Shown here one piece after another: positions 40,333-50,590 of a DNA stretch of 64,000 bases. Both the position numbers and the translations under genes were made by a program. Location: the NCBI GenBank assembly GCA_044226015.1, contig JBGAHS010000003.1, forward strand, positions 704,001 through 768,000. The letters run 5' to 3'. How positions within the stretch are numbered: the stretch's first letter is position 1; every line of letters starts with the position of its first letter. The notes under the pieces are model-generated. The model had not been told where the DNA came from, made no database searches, and saw only the letters and a program-made list of their open reading frames with translations. This DNA comes from Candidatus Obscuribacteraceae bacterium. Its GTDB lineage: Bacteria > Cyanobacteriota > Vampirovibrionia > Obscuribacterales > Obscuribacteraceae.

Positions 40333-40685
40333 AAACCCTCTACTCCTTCGTCGGCGGCATGGCTGCCTCCGCAGTCGCATTCCTCGCCGTCAACGAATTC
40401 GTCGTCAACAACGTCTTCACGTTCTGGCCCTCGCTTCTGGTCGGCGCCGCCTTCGGCTTCATCAGCAGCCTCGTCCTCGGCGTGACCGACACGACCAAGC
40501 TGGTGCCGGCCGGCATCACTTCCGGGCTGAGCCTCGCGGGCTTCATCGCCATTCTCGGCGGTATCGCTTCGCTGAGCGCTGGCGCCGGTGCAGGACTGCT
40601 CTCGCTGCCTGCCGCGATCGCCGTCTTCGGCTTTGTCGGTGTCATGGGAGGCATCGGTTACTCGCTCGGCAACAAGCTGGGCTGA
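40329..40685 (+). CDS. Small four-TM membrane protein
   Basis: Start MKTLYSF overlaps the upstream stop; Gly-rich TM segments. Confidence 0.8.
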   Translation: MKTLYSFVGGMAASAVAFLAVNEFVVNNVFTFWPSLLVGAAFGFISSLVLGVTDTTKLVPAGITSGLSLAGFIAILGGIASLSAGAGAGLLSLPAAIAVFGFVGVMGGIGYSLGNKLG

Positions 40686-40702
40686 GCCGACTTCTTGGGT
40701 GC

Positions 40703-40888
40703 TCAGGCATTGGGGAAACTCAGTGCCTGAGCACTTTTCTCGAACTCAGAGATTAAGATGAACTCCCTCAATCGCGTCCTCTTCGTAGCCATTTCATCCA
40801 TCTTTTTTTCTTTTTGCATTTTAAATATGCTGACACCATATACAATGGCACACAACACAACACCGAATATGACACCATCACGTTTCAT
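40703..40888 (-). CDS. Possible small single-TM protein (61 aa)
   Basis: RBS-like GAGGGTG and an N-terminal hydrophobic helix, but the 3' end runs into a terminator hairpin. Confidence 0.35.
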   Translation of the reverse strand: MKRDGVIFGVVLCAIVYGVSIFKMQKEKKMDEMATKRTRLREFILISEFEKSAQALSFPNA

Positions 40889-41010
40889 TTGTTTTCACCC
40901 TCAGCTTGCTACCGACCATAGTAGATACACATGAAATTATTGAATCGCGCGAGTCCCCACGAGCAAGATCGGGTAGATCTTGCTAAGACAAATACTCTGC
41001 TGGAGCGTAA

Positions 41011-42642
41011 ATGAATAGACCGACAAAGCAAAATGTAAACACTAAGCTACCAATGATTTATCACACTCCAGGGCTGAAAGAGTTAAATCAAATGGCTCAA
41101 ATGGCACAGACCTACCCGGGCGAATTGATTGAGCAGAGCTGGATGATCGAACCCCAGGTTTTTATATTGACTGCTTTTCGTGGCGGCTCAGGCAACCGTG
41201 GAATCATGACCGCCAAAAAAACAAGCTCCAGTGAGACCACTTGGACTCTTACAAGCAAAGCATCAATCACGTCCCATACAAATCACGAATGGACTCAGGT
41301 AAGTTCTGACGTTGAATTTATCGACAATTTGCTCTCAGTTCTGCCAATAAGATCCGCAGCGACAGCTCCAGAAAACCCTCCGACGCAAGCGCAGCAGGGA
41401 CACGAGCCGTACAGGCAAGAACAAGGAATTACCCAGCAACAAAATGCAAATTCGGCGCCAATATCACAAGGCGGACAAGCTAACTTTGCGTCGTCTTTTG
41501 CGCAAACAGAATCACCCAACAATATAGCGCTTTCTGGCAACTTTCGTACAAGTGATTTGAGCGCGACTTTGCGCACCATTGTCATGTCACGTATGACCGG
41601 CTGTTTAGAAGTTCACGACAAACTTGACGAATTATCCTTGTTTTTTGAGGAAGGACTACTCGTACATGCACAGTACGAAAGCACACTTACTGGCGCAGTA
41701 GTTGCAGTTGGAGATCAAGTCTTGCTTGAGCTAATAGTTCGAGACAGCGGTGATTTTGATTTTCGCCCAGGAAAATGCGTTCCTGAGAGAACAATTCGTG
41801 CCACTTTCGAAGCACTTTTTGAGCAAGCGAAAGCAATTAAGACTTACTGGAAAGAACTGCAAACGAAAGGCATCGATATTGACTCGTCGCTGCAACGCAC
41901 CCAGAATCTGACTCGCGAGCAATTTGAAGCTGTTACAAGAAGAGGAATTCAAGTAAATCAGAATCTTCAAGCCGCGTTTTATCTCGAGTCCGCAAACAAG
42001 AAAACACTCGGAGATATTGCATCAAAACTGAATCTGACATTGACCACCTGGGTTCCAATTTTATACAACCTGATCAAACTCGAACTCGTTTCTGCAAGCA
42101 GTTCTCAAAATGCGGTGATGGATCGATCAGGAATTGTGATCGACGAAATCAAGGTAAATCATGCTCGAAACAACATTGTTCGTATCGAGTCAGGGATGAT
42201 CAGCTACGATTTGTTCATCCACTTTTTGCAGATGGAATTCGAAAGAGCAAAAAAGAGAGCTGATCATTTTTTCTCAGTGATTGTTTTCTCAATTCAAGAT
42301 ATGCATACCGGCGAACCACTATCTGTATTGAGCGTTGGGAAATTAACCGACACAATAGAAAGTGCCAAGGACAAGTTGGACCTCCTGGCACATTTCAGAG
42401 AACATGACTTTATTATTCTCAGTCCATTCTGCACAGCACAACAATGCGCTGCCCTGGCAGAAAAAATCGCAAGTTCAATTAAAGGAGCAAATCTGGAGGG
42501 AATACAGGGACGAGATTTGCGCCTGGCTCTGGGCGTTGCGTCTTATCCACAAAGCAATAATCTTGTTTCTTTGTTGGAAAACGCAGAAGCTGCAAAAAAC
42601 AAAGCCGCTCAAAACAATGTACTGGTTTCAATACACGCTTAG
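41011..42642 (+). CDS. DUF4388-like domain plus degenerate GGDEF domain protein
   Basis: LSGNF..SDL...MTGCLEV..LFFEEGLLVHA, GDFDF; C-terminal LQMEFERAKK...HFREHDFIIL...LGVASYP. Confidence 0.8.
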   Translation: MNRPTKQNVNTKLPMIYHTPGLKELNQMAQMAQTYPGELIEQSWMIEPQVFILTAFRGGSGNRGIMTAKKTSSSETTWTLTSKASITSHTNHEWTQVSSDVEFIDNLLSVLPIRSAATAPENPPTQAQQGHEPYRQEQGITQQQNANSAPISQGGQANFASSFAQTESPNNIALSGNFRTSDLSATLRTIVMSRMTGCLEVHDKLDELSLFFEEGLLVHAQYESTLTGAVVAVGDQVLLELIVRDSGDFDFRPGKCVPERTIRATFEALFEQAKAIKTYWKELQTKGIDIDSSLQRTQNLTREQFEAVTRRGIQVNQNLQAAFYLESANKKTLGDIASKLNLTLTTWVPILYNLIKLELVSASSSQNAVMDRSGIVIDEIKVNHARNNIVRIESGMISYDLFIHFLQMEFERAKKRADHFFSVIVFSIQDMHTGEPLSVLSVGKLTDTIESAKDKLDLLAHFREHDFIILSPFCTAQQCAALAEKIASSIKGANLEGIQGRDLRLALGVASYPQSNNLVSLLENAEAAKNKAAQNNVLVSIHA

Positions 42643-42651
42643 GCTAGCAAT

Positions 42652-43689
42652 CTATTTTTTCTTGGGTCCAAACCAGGTGAAATGAGGTCTGTCACCTGGC
42701 ACATTGTGAACAAAATTCTCTCTCGTTAGCGCTTCACGTACTTTGGGATCATCGTAATTATCAACATCAATGGAAATTCCATCTTCGTGCTGTGAATGTC
42801 GTTTTGCATGAGGCTGACCCGGCGCACATTTACTGATCAACTCCCGATCAATTGCTCTGCGTCCTGCGCCATTCATGTTTCTGAGTTGAATTGGATGGTT
42901 GCCATTATCGACCAGCCAGTGCTGAGCTCGCATCAATGCATCGGCCGTGCCTTTAGCTAGCCAAAATTCCTGCGTTTCTGGTTCGCACTTAGGAGTGCGC
43001 CGGAAGCCTTGTCCACCCTCAATATGTGAATTATCAATATATACAGCGTTTGGAACGACCTTAGTAACTATTGCTTGATCCTTCACTGGTCTCGTATCAA
43101 AAACAAGAGTGCCACCCTGAGGCTCTGCAAGATGTTTTTGAATTTCAAAGTTAAGACTCTTGCTTAGTTCGTCAATATGTCTCTCGCTAAAAGGTCCATC
43201 TTTTTTCTGGGCGAGTGCCTTCAAGAACAAGTCCAGCTCATTTTCATTTTTAGGCAAAAGCTCATCATGAACAGTCAGCTTGTCGGGATTCTTGCCTCTA
43301 TCCATTTGTAGAGCTCGGGCTGCAGCCGCCATAGCTTCAAGTTCATCAAGCTCAACCGCTCTTCCAAGAATGTCCTGGCCAACCCTTTTCATTACTTGTT
43401 GGTAGCCCTCACCTGGTTGTGGTCGGGAATTTTCCCTGCTTTCTTTAGTCCAGAAAAGGGGCTTACCTACTTCAAGGTGATCACTATCTTTGTCAGATTC
43501 AACTAGCTCTAAATTGCCTAGTTTTCCATCACTAGCTAAGTGTTTACTCTGCTCGGCTGATTGATTGAGCGACCCAGCCCTTTTGTTTTTGTCTTGTGCG
43601 GAAATCGACAGCTCGCTTCCAGCATCCGAAACAGCCTTATCATCTTGCCTTTCGGGCGCAGCAATAATTTGTCTTTCTCGTCCAGCCAT
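42652..43689 (-). CDS. Protein with C-terminal M15/VanY-like (LAS) zinc peptidase domain
   Basis: AGRR, SQHEDGISIDV (SxHxxGxxxD), DRPHF. Confidence 0.65.
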   Translation of the reverse strand: MAGRERQIIAAPERQDDKAVSDAGSELSISAQDKNKRAGSLNQSAEQSKHLASDGKLGNLELVESDKDSDHLEVGKPLFWTKESRENSRPQPGEGYQQVMKRVGQDILGRAVELDELEAMAAAARALQMDRGKNPDKLTVHDELLPKNENELDLFLKALAQKKDGPFSERHIDELSKSLNFEIQKHLAEPQGGTLVFDTRPVKDQAIVTKVVPNAVYIDNSHIEGGQGFRRTPKCEPETQEFWLAKGTADALMRAQHWLVDNGNHPIQLRNMNGAGRRAIDRELISKCAPGQPHAKRHSQHEDGISIDVDNYDDPKVREALTRENFVHNVPGDRPHFTWFGPKKK

Positions 43690-44021
43690 TCAAATCACCC
43701 CGTGTGGATCTGAATTTCAACACAAGACAATCTGATCACCAATCGTAAAAACCCGAAGCAAAGCGGCTCAAACAATTAATTCGCTCTCAACTGCGTCCCA
43801 AAAGTCTTCTGCTCACCAGTTTTTGGAACACGCATTTTTTTACTCTGACTGGAATTTCCAAATGAGCAGGTTCAAGAATCCCCGAGCTGATCCAATTCCT
43901 GGCGCCAAACGCAATGCAGTGGTTTGCATTTTTCCAGCACAAAGCTGTTGAGCCGATTCAAACACGCAAAATAATTCGTGTATGACAAAACATGCAAGCA
44001 GGCTAAAAGATCCCCAAAAGA

Positions 44022-44043
44022 AAACCCCGGGAACCCCGGGGTT
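44022..44043 (-). terminator. Terminator of hup
   Basis: AACCCCGGG/CCCGGGGTT stem with T tract on the minus strand. Confidence 0.7.
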
Positions 44044-44099
44044 GAATGGATGTTGGGACTGTTAGTTCCTAACCTAATCTCACCTAATTCTTGAAGAGA

Positions 44100-44510
44100 T
44101 TATCTCTTCTTTCCACCTTTTTTAGCTTTTTTAGCTGGCTTAGCAGCAGCCTTTTTGGCTGGCTTTGCAGCAGCTTTCTTAGCTGGCTTTTCAGCCTTTG
44201 CCTTAGCAACGAGGTTCAATGATGGTTGCTTAGCGCGGCCATTAACGATGTCCTTGAGTTCCTTGCCTGCACGGAAAGCCGGTACTTTAGCAGCAGCGAT
44301 CTTCAGCGGGGCGAGGGTACGAGGGTTACGGCCTGTGCGTGCTTTGCGTTGACGGCGCTCGAAGGTACCAAAACCAACAAGGGTCACCTTGTCGCCCTTG
44401 GAGAGAGCACCAGTAACTGCGTGGATAAATGCGGACAATGTACGTGTAACTTCGGACTTTGGTTGCTCAGTGAGTTTTGCCACTTGATCAACGAGCTCAG
44501 CTCGATTCAT
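44100..44510 (-). CDS. hup: HU DNA-binding protein with Lys/Ala-rich C-terminal tail
   Basis: MNRAELV, LVGFGTF, RTGRNPRT, PAFRAGKELK; PAKKA repeats. Confidence 0.95.
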   Translation of the reverse strand: MNRAELVDQVAKLTEQPKSEVTRTLSAFIHAVTGALSKGDKVTLVGFGTFERRQRKARTGRNPRTLAPLKIAAAKVPAFRAGKELKDIVNGRAKQPSLNLVAKAKAEKPAKKAAAKPAKKAAAKPAKKAKKGGKKR

Positions 44511-44958
44511 TTACGTTCCTCCTTCGAGAATACTCATCCCGACCCATTCGCAAGAGAGAATATCATCACGATCACCTTTAGACAAGTGATTCTGACTGGA
44601 AATCATCAAATTTCTTTTTTCGTTATTCTCTCAAACGGACAGACCAAGGGCATCGCCACAAAGACCAAAAATGCCGCATACATAGACAGGGCATGGATAG
44701 CAGCGATCCGTAGCCATCTGATTCATCATTTAAGCAAAATGCGGATGCTGTCCGGTTTATATACTTCTGTGACAAAGACATATATGCTTAGACGCGCTGT
44801 CAAGAATGTGCGAAAAGGTCATTCCCAAGCCTCGCGACAAAAATAGCAGTTATAATAAACGCTGCGCCCGAGAACGCAAAAGACGCAAAAGGCTGATTCA
44901 CAGTGCCTTTAAGCTGTCACCCAAAATTTCCGAAAAGAGCTGGAGCATATAAATGAAT

Positions 44959-46179
44959 ATGAAATCGTCAACAAAAATTTCCGAAATTTTGATCTCGAGC
45001 ACAATCTTTTTTTTCTCGGCAAATAATTTTGCCCTGGCAGCTGAGGGAACTGCCACTGCCAAGCAATTGCCTGCAACAAGCCAATCTAGCGCTGCCGACG
45101 TTAGCAACGGAGTTAGAAATACTCACCCCATTGTCACAAATGACTGGCTAATGTACCGTCAAAATCCCGACCATTGTTCCAGCATCTACGCAGATCAAAT
45201 CTTGCCGATGTCAGGAAAACTCAAATGGAGTTTTCCCGCCGAAGGGGGTATCGACTCAAGTGCAGCCATATTCCACGGAGTAATTTATGTTGGCTGCGAC
45301 GACTACTATCTTTACGCAATCGATTCAAAAACAAAGCAAGCGCTCTGGCACCAAAAATTAGGGTCGAGCATAAAGTCATCGCCCATGGTGATGAACAATG
45401 TAGTGTATGTAGGCTGTGAAGACGGAAAGCTTTATGCTCTAGATGCCCGAACAGGCAAAGAAATCTGGAATTTCGCCGCTACACAAAAAATTTCCTCTTC
45501 GCCAGTGCCCTGCTTAAACAATGTTCTGGTTGGTAGCTGGGACAATAACCTTTACGCAGTCGATATGAAAACAGGTCAGCTCAGTTTCAAATTTGAAACT
45601 CAAGGCAGAGTGGTAGCCTCACCTACTGTAGGACCAGATAATACAGTGTATGTGGCTTCTCACGACGGTAATGTCTACGCCATCAATGGACAAACCGGAG
45701 CTGAACTTTGGAAGTTTCATACTCAGAACAAAGTATATGCAACACCAATGCTAATGGATGGCTTGCTCTACTTCGGAAGCTGGGACAAAACCTTCTACGC
45801 CATCGAAGCTGCCAGCGGAAAACTCAAGTGGAAAGTAACAGGGGCTGAGACTTTCAGCATTTCAGCAGCAGGTGCCAGAGGCAAAGTCTACATCGGCAAC
45901 GACGACTTAAAAATGTATTGCTACGACGCTAAAACAAGCAAGCTTTTCTGGAAAACACCAATCAATAGCCCAATTCCGTTGCTTTCATCATCACCATCAC
46001 TGTCAGGTGGTTACCTCTATGTGGGTAGCTCTGATTCAAACGTGTATTGCCTCGATACCCACAATGGTGGCATTAAGTGGAAGTACAAAACTCAAAGACC
46101 TATTATCAGCTCACCAGCAATAGGTCAAAAGTTTTTAATAGTGGGCAGCCAGGATGGCAACCTATATTGTATTGAATAG
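44959..46179 (+). CDS. PQQ-like repeat beta-propeller (BamB-like) exported protein
   Basis: Repeated SSP...VYVG..DG.LYA.D..TG...W.F; signal-like N terminus. Confidence 0.88.
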   Translation: MKSSTKISEILISSTIFFFSANNFALAAEGTATAKQLPATSQSSAADVSNGVRNTHPIVTNDWLMYRQNPDHCSSIYADQILPMSGKLKWSFPAEGGIDSSAAIFHGVIYVGCDDYYLYAIDSKTKQALWHQKLGSSIKSSPMVMNNVVYVGCEDGKLYALDARTGKEIWNFAATQKISSSPVPCLNNVLVGSWDNNLYAVDMKTGQLSFKFETQGRVVASPTVGPDNTVYVASHDGNVYAINGQTGAELWKFHTQNKVYATPMLMDGLLYFGSWDKTFYAIEAASGKLKWKVTGAETFSISAAGARGKVYIGNDDLKMYCYDAKTSKLFWKTPINSPIPLLSSSPSLSGGYLYVGSSDSNVYCLDTHNGGIKWKYKTQRPIISSPAIGQKFLIVGSQDGNLYCIE

Positions 46180-46192
46180 GAACGCCAATAAT

Positions 46193-48169
46193 TTAGCTAG
46201 CAGCTTCTGGTTTGACGTCTAACTTCATGTCATCAATCTTCCAGTCATTTAGCTCTTTGTCTTTACCGATAACAAAAAGATCAAATCCAGAACCTTTATC
46301 ATAAAAAACTCTTCTATCTACTTTGATGACGACCTTCTGATCATCAGCCTGAACTACTCGAGTTGCTTCTGTGGGAATCAGAGTTTGTCCGTTCGGCAAA
46401 ACTGTCATTGGCACCGCTAGATTTAGTGCCGACTGATCACTGACCTCCCTGTAGTTAGTGAATTTGGCTTTGCTTAAGCTCTGAGCAAATTTCTTTCTCG
46501 ACTCTGTATCGGAGCCTGGAAAATTCTTTTTGATGTAACTGCTGCTGAGCACATCATACGCTTCGTCACATCCGCTCTCATCCTTCATAGACAGCTTGTC
46601 AAAATAATTGAGCACGATGTTGTTTGCCGCGGTCACATTAGCATCTTCTGCCAGGGCTGAGGGATCTTTTGTTTTGTTGACGTCTGGATTGAGGTTCTCA
46701 ACCAGGTCTCCGCCGCTAAGGTCACCCAGGTATTTCACATCCCAAATTGACCCTACAGAAAGAGCTTTCACGTTTATTTTGGCTTTATGCGTATTCGTTA
46801 AATGCACGACTTCATCGCCATTTTTTGCAGTTTCTGGATGTAAGTCGACTTCGGTAACGAAGATTTTTTTGTTAGCAGATTTTGTACGCAAGAAATAAAC
46901 GGTTCCCTTGCACCCCTGGGGCAGAACTTTGCTTCCAGATGAGGAAAACATGAAAAAGGCACCAACACCAAGTGCAGCAACCACTGCCAGGCCAGCTCCG
47001 ATCATCGCAATCGGCGGCTTTGATGCCGGCTCTGGAGAAGCGCCGCCTTGCCTGATTGTGCTTATACTTTGTGAGCCCGAGCGCAAAGTATCAAGGTCTG
47101 CTTTCTTCACTGGTTGAGTCGCATCAGCGCTCATTGCGGCTAGCATGTGGATACTCGCCTTACCCTGCCCAGTTATGGCATAGTTGAGATCTTCTTTGAA
47201 CTGCTGCATGCTGTGATAACGGTGTGAAACTTCTTTCTCAAGCGCCTTAAAAACCACACTTTGCAAATTAAGCGGCAGATTTAACTCAGGACAAAATGAC
47301 TCAAAAGTGGGCGGTGGATCAGATAGGTGCTTAGATGCCGTCTGAACAACGTTCTGCCCTTTGAAAGGAGGACGTCCTGTCAGCGACTCGAACAGCGTGA
47401 TTCCGAGTGAGTAAATATCAGAACTTGGCTCTAAGGGCTTACCCATACATTGTTCAGGACTCATGTAAATAGGGCTGCCGAAAACTTCACCAGTTTTCGT
47501 AAGGTGCTGAGATTCCTTGCCTGACCACGGCATCAACTTTGCCAATCCGAAATCAAGCACTTTGACTACTTCTTCGCCGTCATTAGTACTTGCAAGAAGA
47601 AGGATATTGCTTGGCTTGATATCACGATGAACTACACCTTTTTGATGCGCGTAGTGTAATCCATCCATCACCTGAGAAAAAATTCGCAAGCAACGCACAG
47701 GATTTAAAGGACCTTCACGTCTCAGTAATTCTGCCAGGCTCTCTCCCTGCAAATACTCCATCACTAGAAACGGCTGCTTGCCATCGACCATGCCATAGTC
47801 GAGTTGCGTTATCAGGTTTGGATGTTTCAAATCTGCTGCAGCACTCGCTTCTTGTTGAAATCGCTTTACACTGACCTTGTCTTCCGACAATTGAGCGTGC
47901 AACATTTTCACTGCAACAAAAGAATTTTTCTTGCTAATGTCTTCAGCCAGATAGACTTTCCCCATGCCTCCTTTGCCACAGAGTTCGAGGATTTTGTACT
48001 TATCCATAATCAGCGTATCTAAGTTCTCGTCACCACCGAACGGAACCAGATGTGTTCCATCATCAGGACACGTTGTTATCGCCCCGGTGAATGTCTTGTT
48101 GCAAGCCAGGCACATCTTTTGCAAAGATGCGTATTTGTCTCCTGGAGAAACTGAACCTGAAGAATCCAC
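46193..48169 (-). CDS. Membrane-anchored Hanks-type Ser/Thr protein kinase
   Basis: N-terminal CxxC..CP Zn knuckle, GKGGMG, AVK, HRDIKPSN, DFG, YMSPEQ, TM, extracytoplasmic C-terminal domain. Confidence 0.93.
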   Translation of the reverse strand: MDSSGSVSPGDKYASLQKMCLACNKTFTGAITTCPDDGTHLVPFGGDENLDTLIMDKYKILELCGKGGMGKVYLAEDISKKNSFVAVKMLHAQLSEDKVSVKRFQQEASAAADLKHPNLITQLDYGMVDGKQPFLVMEYLQGESLAELLRREGPLNPVRCLRIFSQVMDGLHYAHQKGVVHRDIKPSNILLLASTNDGEEVVKVLDFGLAKLMPWSGKESQHLTKTGEVFGSPIYMSPEQCMGKPLEPSSDIYSLGITLFESLTGRPPFKGQNVVQTASKHLSDPPPTFESFCPELNLPLNLQSVVFKALEKEVSHRYHSMQQFKEDLNYAITGQGKASIHMLAAMSADATQPVKKADLDTLRSGSQSISTIRQGGASPEPASKPPIAMIGAGLAVVAALGVGAFFMFSSSGSKVLPQGCKGTVYFLRTKSANKKIFVTEVDLHPETAKNGDEVVHLTNTHKAKINVKALSVGSIWDVKYLGDLSGGDLVENLNPDVNKTKDPSALAEDANVTAANNIVLNYFDKLSMKDESGCDEAYDVLSSSYIKKNFPGSDTESRKKFAQSLSKAKFTNYREVSDQSALNLAVPMTVLPNGQTLIPTEATRVVQADDQKVVIKVDRRVFYDKGSGFDLFVIGKDKELNDWKIDDMKLDVKPEAAS

Positions 48170-48234
48170 TGATACACCTGCTAATCACTGGCATGTTACA
48201 ACATGAGCACGAGTTTGGCTAACAAAAACAGCAA

Positions 48235-48936
48235 TTATTTTTTGTTAGCTGAGGGCGGAGCTGCTTCGTCCGAGCCTTCTTTTGGCAAATCCTCCTCGTC
48301 ATCAGCATTTCCTTTCTTTTCAGTCTGCTTTTTCTTGAAAGTCTCCGTATTTTGCTTGGCAGCAGCCTGCGCCCTGGCTGTCTTTAGAGCCGCAATGTAA
48401 TCTGGTACCTGCATCAAATAAGTCATTGGTTCAATATACTGGTTCGAATCGTGTTTAATCACTGTGTAGTGAACATGCACGCCCGTCGAACGGCCAGTAG
48501 AACCCGCAAAACCAATAACTTGACCTCTTCTCACCCACATACCCGGTTGCACAGCGTATGCATTCAAATGTCCTACGATTGTTCGTATGTTCGGATAGGG
48601 GTGATAAACCTCTACGGCAACCCCAAGGTTTCCTCTATAACCAACTCTAGTCACAATTCCATCAAGCAGGTTGAACACTTTATCGTTTAATTTTGCGCCA
48701 AGATCGACGCCATTATGAAAGTCACCCTTGCCAGTTACTGGATGAACACGAAACCCTGCTTTAGACGTGACCTGACCCATTCCCACAGGGGTGTAGACCT
48801 GATTGTCCAACATTGGTGAGACCAGAAAGCAGGGAACATAATAGCCTTCAAAATAATAAGCTGATGCCGGCGACGTGAAGCCCAGCAGAACGGCAAATAA
48901 CGCTAATAAGGCTGATTTATGCTTCCAGGTTGTCAT
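48235..48936 (-). CDS. M23 family metallopeptidase
   Basis: HNGVD, GHL, GSTGRSTGVHVHY. Confidence 0.92.
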   Translation of the reverse strand: MTTWKHKSALLALFAVLLGFTSPASAYYFEGYYVPCFLVSPMLDNQVYTPVGMGQVTSKAGFRVHPVTGKGDFHNGVDLGAKLNDKVFNLLDGIVTRVGYRGNLGVAVEVYHPYPNIRTIVGHLNAYAVQPGMWVRRGQVIGFAGSTGRSTGVHVHYTVIKHDSNQYIEPMTYLMQVPDYIAALKTARAQAAAKQNTETFKKKQTEKKGNADDEEDLPKEGSDEAAPPSANKK

Positions 48937-49046
48937 GACACCTCAAGAGCCTTAAGTACGAGAGATTCATACCACGATTGACAAAGTCGTATATAAGAAT
49001 GGCTCAGAACAAGAAATTTCGCGTGATAATTTACGCTTTGAAGAAA

Positions 49047-50495
49047 CTATGAGGACAACGCTTCATCCAGTAACTTATTCACAAGCTCGGTGTTAGCCTT
49101 GCCTTTGCTGGCTTTCATTATTGCTCCAACAAAAAATTGGCGCACCTTCACTTTACCACTCTTAAATTCTGCAAGCTGATTCGGGTTGTCGGCCAGAGCC
49201 TTGTTGATCATTTCCCGGAGTAAACCTTCGTCTGAAACTTGTGCCAACCCTTTTGCGGAAACATATGCAGAAATCGAAACAGGTTCGGCGTCGGCAGCCA
49301 TGGCTAATACGTCGAGCAGCACCTGCTTTCCGGTACTTGAATTTAAAAGACCCGAGCTTACATTGTCTACGATATCTTTCAAATTGAGCGGGCTCAGCCT
49401 TGTTTCACTGAGTGTTTTCTTCGCTTCATTTAGATAGCCCATGCAAGGACCAAGCAAAAGATTCGCAGTTTGTTTGGCAGCAGCGCCTTCCTTCACCGAA
49501 GCGTCATAGAAGTCAGCGAGTTCTTTATTTTCAACGAGCTGTCCAGCATCAGCAGCTGACAACGCATACTCGCTGACATAACGCTGCCGTCTGGCTTCTG
49601 GAAGTTCTGGAATAGTCTCCCTTATTGCTTGTACCAGGTCTCTGCTAATTAGCATCGGAACCAGGTCAGGCTCTGGAAAATATCTGTAATCATGAGCATC
49701 TTCTTTCGACCTCATTGGAAAAGTGGACTGTGTCCCCTCATTCCAAAGACGGGTTTCCTGAATCACTTTTTCGCCTTTGCTAAGCAGTGCAATCTGGCGA
49801 TCAATCTCAGATTGAATTGCCCTCTGCACGGCCTTAAAGCTATTCATGTTTTTGATTTCGGCCTTGGTGCCTAACTTTTCCTCGCCTTTTGGCCTTATGG
49901 AAACATTAGCGTCACAGCGAAAACTTCCTTCTTCTAAATTGCCATCACAAACATCGAGGTAGCGAAGAATAGTACGCAGCTCTGTCAGGTAGTCTCTGGC
50001 TTCCTCTGGTGTTCTCATGTCGGGTTCACTAACTATTTCAAGCAAAGGAACACCCGTGCGGTTGAAATCAGCAAGGCTGTAGTCAGAGCCATGTAAGCCA
50101 GCTGCACCTTGATGCACTAGCTTGCCAGCATCTTCTTCCAAATGGGCGCGATGAATTCTGACCTTACGCTCGCCCACTACCAAATAGCCGTTCTTGCAAA
50201 CCGGCTGATCGTACTGCGAGACTTGATAAGCTTTCGGCAGGTCAGCATAAAAGTAATTTTTTCTGTCGAATTTGCTATTTTCTGAAATTTCGCAATTGAG
50301 TGCGATACCACATTTGATACCATACTCCAGAGCTTTCCTATTCAGCACAGGCAGAACACCTGGCATACCCAAACAAACGGGGCAGACCTGCTCGTTAGGA
50401 CCTGCGCCAAATTCAGTTGAACAAGAACAGAAAATCTTTGACTTTGTTTTCAGTTGAGCATGTACTTCTAGCCCAATGACTGCTTCGAATTCCAT
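49047..50495 (-). CDS. gatB: Asp/Glu-tRNA amidotransferase subunit B
   Basis: IGLEVHAQL, FDRKNYFY, HLEEDAGK, RCDANVS, DYRYFPEPDL. Confidence 0.97.
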   Translation of the reverse strand: MEFEAVIGLEVHAQLKTKSKIFCSCSTEFGAGPNEQVCPVCLGMPGVLPVLNRKALEYGIKCGIALNCEISENSKFDRKNYFYADLPKAYQVSQYDQPVCKNGYLVVGERKVRIHRAHLEEDAGKLVHQGAAGLHGSDYSLADFNRTGVPLLEIVSEPDMRTPEEARDYLTELRTILRYLDVCDGNLEEGSFRCDANVSIRPKGEEKLGTKAEIKNMNSFKAVQRAIQSEIDRQIALLSKGEKVIQETRLWNEGTQSTFPMRSKEDAHDYRYFPEPDLVPMLISRDLVQAIRETIPELPEARRQRYVSEYALSAADAGQLVENKELADFYDASVKEGAAAKQTANLLLGPCMGYLNEAKKTLSETRLSPLNLKDIVDNVSSGLLNSSTGKQVLLDVLAMAADAEPVSISAYVSAKGLAQVSDEGLLREMINKALADNPNQLAEFKSGKVKVRQFFVGAIMKASKGKANTELVNKLLDEALSS

Positions 50496-50590
50496 AGAAT
50501 AGCCCCAAACCCGATAGAAGCCTATGAGTTTACTACTATTGCCTTGATTGATCTGCAACTCTTAAGCAATTCATCGAGAAAGATAGATTT

